Made by a program: the position numbers and the translations under genes. DNA of 64,000 nucleotides from an uncultured delta proteobacterium (GTDB lineage Bacteria; Desulfobacterota; Syntrophia; Syntrophales; UBA2192): assembly GCA_963705165.1 (NCBI GenBank), contig CAVPJD010000009.1:1-64000 (forward strand). Direction: 5' to 3'. The notes below the pieces were generated by a model. It saw only the letters and a list, made by a program, of their open reading frames with translations, was not told where the DNA came from and did not search any database. The stretch's first letter is position 1. Every line of letters begins with the position of its first letter. Below are positions 61,601 through 64,000 of this stretch, one piece after another.

Positions 61601-62504
61601 CGACGGCAAAGGCGCGTTCGTCACGAACAGTGCCGCCCCCATTTATGACTTCGACGGCAGGATCACGGGCAGCGCCGTGGCCATCCTGGACATCACCGAA
61701 CGAATCGAGGCCGAGCAGGCCCTGCAGAAGGCGAAGGAAGAGCTGGAGGATAAAGTAAAGGAGCGCACGGCGGAGCTCATCCTGACCCTGGAGAATCTCG
61801 AGAAGAGCCGCAACGACCTGCGCAAGCTGGCCTCGGAGCTGGTCCTGGCGGAAGAGCGGGAGCGCAAGAAAATCTCGGTGATTCTGCACGACGAGGTGGC
61901 CCAGACGCTGGCGGCAGCCAGGATGAGGATCGACCTGCTCAGGAGAATGCCGGGCGACGATGATTCCCGGCGCGTGCTCGACGAGGCACAGCAGCTTCTC
62001 GTGCAGGCCATCCGGGAAACCAGGGCCCTGATGACCGACATCAGCAACCCCGTGCTCTACGACATGGGGCTGCAGGTGGCCGTGCAATCGCTGACGGAGG
62101 AGGTGAAGGCCAGAAATGGGATTTCCTTCTCGAGCTCGTTCAGCGGGCATCTCAAGACCCTGGAGAAGGACGTGGAAGTGATGCTCTTCCAGCTGGTGAA
62201 GGAGCTTGTACAGAACATCGTCAAGCACAGCGGGGCCCGGAAGGCGAGCATCCTCATCGTCGAGGAAAAGGATGTCGTCCGCGTGGTCGTTGCCGATGAC
62301 GGGCAGGGTTTCGATGCCGGGAACGTCGGCGCAGTCGGATTGGATGGCGGTTTCGGCCTCTTCAGCATCCGCGAGAGGGTAAAGTCGTATCATGGGAAAA
62401 TCACGATCGAATCCGAGCCGGGGAAGGGCGCGGAAGTGACCGTCATGCTGCCGAAGAAAGCTGCCGGCGGCGCCGCATCCCGCAAAACCGGGAAAAGAAA
62501 ATAA
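58641..62504 (+). CDS. Membrane multi-PAS sensor histidine kinase (HisKA_3 type)
   Basis: N-terminal multi-TM region, several PAS/PAC repeats, EERERKKIS..LHDEVAQ, NIVKHS, DDGQGF, GFGL..IRERV. Confidence 0.93.
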   Translation: MQHPAERSEKKGFLSDLFSRPESLPLLLFILFFAILYGAGPDLRSAKFIFDPPWLLIVLNTLFVMGLCLLIAGLCFRSFLRGGFLNVLLLGCGVLAFGLTSFAAGWLIRPPHGLNEALTIRNIGVLCAAAFFFLSSLFTAFGLSMEIEHRRGLAAVMAFSGVFTMGALLTAATLLHFIPPFFIAGEGPTIIRQVALAVSVTLFTLSAILMMMVYSERKTVFLLYSINALLLFGAGIVGVSLGVPGSPLSWLGRAAQYMGNVYLVVASMQALAEARRRGTSVEKALAGFFRKSERHYKALVEMAADAIVSIDREGKILLMNPVAEETFGYGRDEAAGLSLAELIVPEQSREFFHACMYGEPCRNMGMDLKRKDGSIFPAELSFSPEMKSEGGSERTIIIRDVTERRLAEEAIQSAALFPIQNPEPILRIHRDGTLLFSNPAAEPVLKEWRAASKTGFPAQVRQAVEAALNEGIARDIEVQIDGRDFSFVVTPIVKNHYANLYGRDVTESKRAEEALRKSEARLRLAHDAGKAGTWEWDLRTHENIWSEELWKLYGLDPHGSEPAYETWRQTIHPDDRAKAEQIVQDAATHGAELNAEWRVRDRDGSIRWLMSRGQPQVDVEGRPMRYIGIVVDITARKRTEEALRGSEARYRSYIEVTGQMGWTTNADGEIVEDIPGWRAYTGQTFDEMRGWGWSKALHPDDVEITLAVWRKAVEDKQGYETEYRLRRHDGVYRHFLARGVPILNDDGNLREWVGTCIDITERNQAEAALRQNEARFRQLADSMPQLVWTAEPDGRVDYYNGRLSSFTTRGPWRPAVYAEDRPRTAEAWKSAVRTGSPYEIEHRMQLADGRFRWFLTRAVPVPDETGQVVKWYGTSTDVHDRKQAEEEREFARIEAINENNRLEALIKTLPVGVAMVDTEGGNIRSNRMYDQLWGGPRPEARSVNDYDKYKAWWLDSGLAVQPDEWASARAVQKGETVTGQLLQIERFDGKGAFVTNSAAPIYDFDGRITGSAVAILDITERIEAEQALQKAKEELEDKVKERTAELILTLENLEKSRNDLRKLASELVLAEERERKKISVILHDEVAQTLAAARMRIDLLRRMPGDDDSRRVLDEAQQLLVQAIRETRALMTDISNPVLYDMGLQVAVQSLTEEVKARNGISFSSSFSGHLKTLEKDVEVMLFQLVKELVQNIVKHSGARKASILIVEEKDVVRVVVADDGQGFDAGNVGAVGLDGGFGLFSIRERVKSYHGKITIESEPGKGAEVTVMLPKKAAGGAASRKTGKRK

Positions 62505-62528
62505 AAGAGCTGATAACCGGTTTCAGGC

Positions 62529-63185
62529 TTACCCCTCGATGCTCACCAGCCCTTCCCGGACGGCGTATTTTGTCAGCTCGGCGATGCCTCGCATGTTGAG
62601 CTTCTCCATCATGTTCCGGCGGTGGGTCTCGACGGTCTTTACGCTCACGTTGAGGTGCGAGGCGATCTCCTTGGCCGCCATCCCCTCGGCCAGAAGCTGG
62701 AGGACCTCGCGCTCGCGCGGCGTGAGAACGGCGCCCGATCCGTGGGAGGGCCCGGGCGTCTTGTCGAGATATCCCTGGACCACCACCTCGGCAATCCTCG
62801 GACTGAGATACGTATTTCCCTCTGCCACATTCCGGATGGCCGTGGCCAATTCCTCGAAGGCGCAATCCTTGAGAAGGTAGCCGCAGGCCCCTGCCTCGAG
62901 CATGCCCAGCACATAGCGCCGGTCGGAGTGCATCGAGAGGCCTATGACCCGGACCCCGGGGGTTTCCTCCATGATCTTCCGGGTGGCGTCAATCCCGTTC
63001 ATGTCCGGCATGGTCACGTCCATGATCACGACGTTGGGGTGGAGCTTCTGGGCCAGGCGGACCGCCTTGCGGCCGTTTTCCGCTTCGGCGATCACCTCCA
63101 TGCCGGCCTCTTTTTCGATCAGAGTCTTGAGTCCGTCCCGGATGATCTTGTGGTCATCGGCAAGCAAAACCCGGATGGTCGACAT
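62529..63185 (-). CDS. NarL/LuxR family response regulator
   Basis: LADDH, MDVTMP, LTPREREVLQLLAEG, SVKTVETHR. Confidence 0.95.
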   Translation of the reverse strand: MSTIRVLLADDHKIIRDGLKTLIEKEAGMEVIAEAENGRKAVRLAQKLHPNVVIMDVTMPDMNGIDATRKIMEETPGVRVIGLSMHSDRRYVLGMLEAGACGYLLKDCAFEELATAIRNVAEGNTYLSPRIAEVVVQGYLDKTPGPSHGSGAVLTPREREVLQLLAEGMAAKEIASHLNVSVKTVETHRRNMMEKLNMRGIAELTKYAVREGLVSIEG

Positions 63186-63660
63186 CTCTCTGCGCTCCTG
63201 CTTTTTTCTTTTCTGCATGGATCGGTGTGGTGGTTGCGCCCCGCCCGGGGGCCGGAAGCCGGCACCGTCATCGAGGCCGGCATTCAGGGTATTCTCGCCT
63301 CTTTCCGGCATGGAAAGAAACCTTTTTCTGCACAGGCCGGCCCGACATATTCATGAGGAGCACAACACCTCTGCAACCCGGACAAATGACACCCTTTTGT
63401 TATTTATACCATTGAAGGCCGGCCGGCGGAATGGGAATTAACCCGAGGAGCCTTCAGTTTAATCCCGATCCTTTCTCCTCCTTTTCCTGAGACGCCCGTA
63501 AGGTATTTTCCCGCCTCGAATCATGCATTCACAGATTGAATTATTTCGGATGATTGGTGAAAATTGTCGCGCGCAAAGATAGTAACATTCCCATCTTCAA
63601 AACGACCGATCCCTGCCCGAGCGGGTCATCGACGGTACGGATCGAAAAAAGGAGAGAGCC

Positions 63661-63900
63661 ATGAGAGACATGCAGGGACAGATCAATGAGTGGATCTCGC
63701 GCAACAGGCAGAACCTGATCCGCTGCCCCCACCAGCCCGGGAATCTCCTCATCACGAAATGGAGCTGCCGCATAAGGCGGCTCAAGGCACAGAAGGCGGA
63801 CCTGGCGAATGTGATGAGCGGCGACGTGATGGATTACGTTCACAGGCAGGGGTTGTCCATCTGCCTGAACTGCGATGCGATGAAGAAGGCCGCTGCGTAA
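63661..63900 (+). CDS. Small Cys-containing hypothetical protein
   Basis: AAGGAG RBS; C-x13-C ... CLNC. Confidence 0.7.
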   Translation: MRDMQGQINEWISRNRQNLIRCPHQPGNLLITKWSCRIRRLKAQKADLANVMSGDVMDYVHRQGLSICLNCDAMKKAAA

Positions 63901-64000
63901 AACCATTGCCTCATCCGGGGCCCCTGCGCCCGCAGGGCCCTGGCGCAACCGTTCCCCTCTCCCCGGACACATGCTGAGCGGGAGGCCCCGCCTTATGCAG

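Overview
GC-rich bacterial DNA. The gene content (Tim44-like, HDOD, TRAP, c-type cytochrome, PilY1 operon under a GEMM riboswitch, BKACE, CoA-transferase) suggests an anaerobic Desulfobacterota/Syntrophales-like organism; this is inferred, not shown. Layout: (1) 0.4-5 kb: envelope and accessory genes (mtgA, DUF1499, TIGR04283-like glycosyltransferase, TVP38/DedA). (2) 5-20 kb: a sugar-metabolism cluster (glk, tkt, PPi-type pfk, ppdK, tal-pgi fusion, rpiA, gnd, zwf, pgl). Eight apparent single-base frameshifts fall within 4.5-13.5 kb, and a double TTGTATACAA operator precedes pfk. (3) 20-30 kb: DUF3047, a MerA-like oxidoreductase, a triheme cytochrome, metal transporters (CDF, Nramp, MgtE-N/CBS), a B12-binding domain lacking the His ligand, Tim44, rubrerythrin. 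(4) 30-43 kb: CoA-transferase, three unannotated small ORFs, hslO, a YidD-like/TPR pair, an alcohol dehydrogenase, two-component genes, an orphan TRAP solute-binding protein. Two of the small ORFs share a WVDPMCGP core whose codons differ only synonymously; this is the top candidate for a new system. (5) 43.6-53 kb: a c-di-GMP-I riboswitch before a fimT-pilVWX-pilY1 operon, HDOD, a secreted Ig-like protein, a TMTC-like glycosyltransferase. (6) 53-64 kb: BKACE, LysM, a PDZ-less HtrA, a yybP-ykoY riboswitch with a UPF0016 Mn exporter, a NarL-type three-component locus. Many intergenic spacers carry REP-like palindromes and short tandem/inverted 7-9-mer arrays. No rRNA, tRNA, CRISPR array or intact transposase was seen. 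All family assignments come from motif recognition, not database searches.
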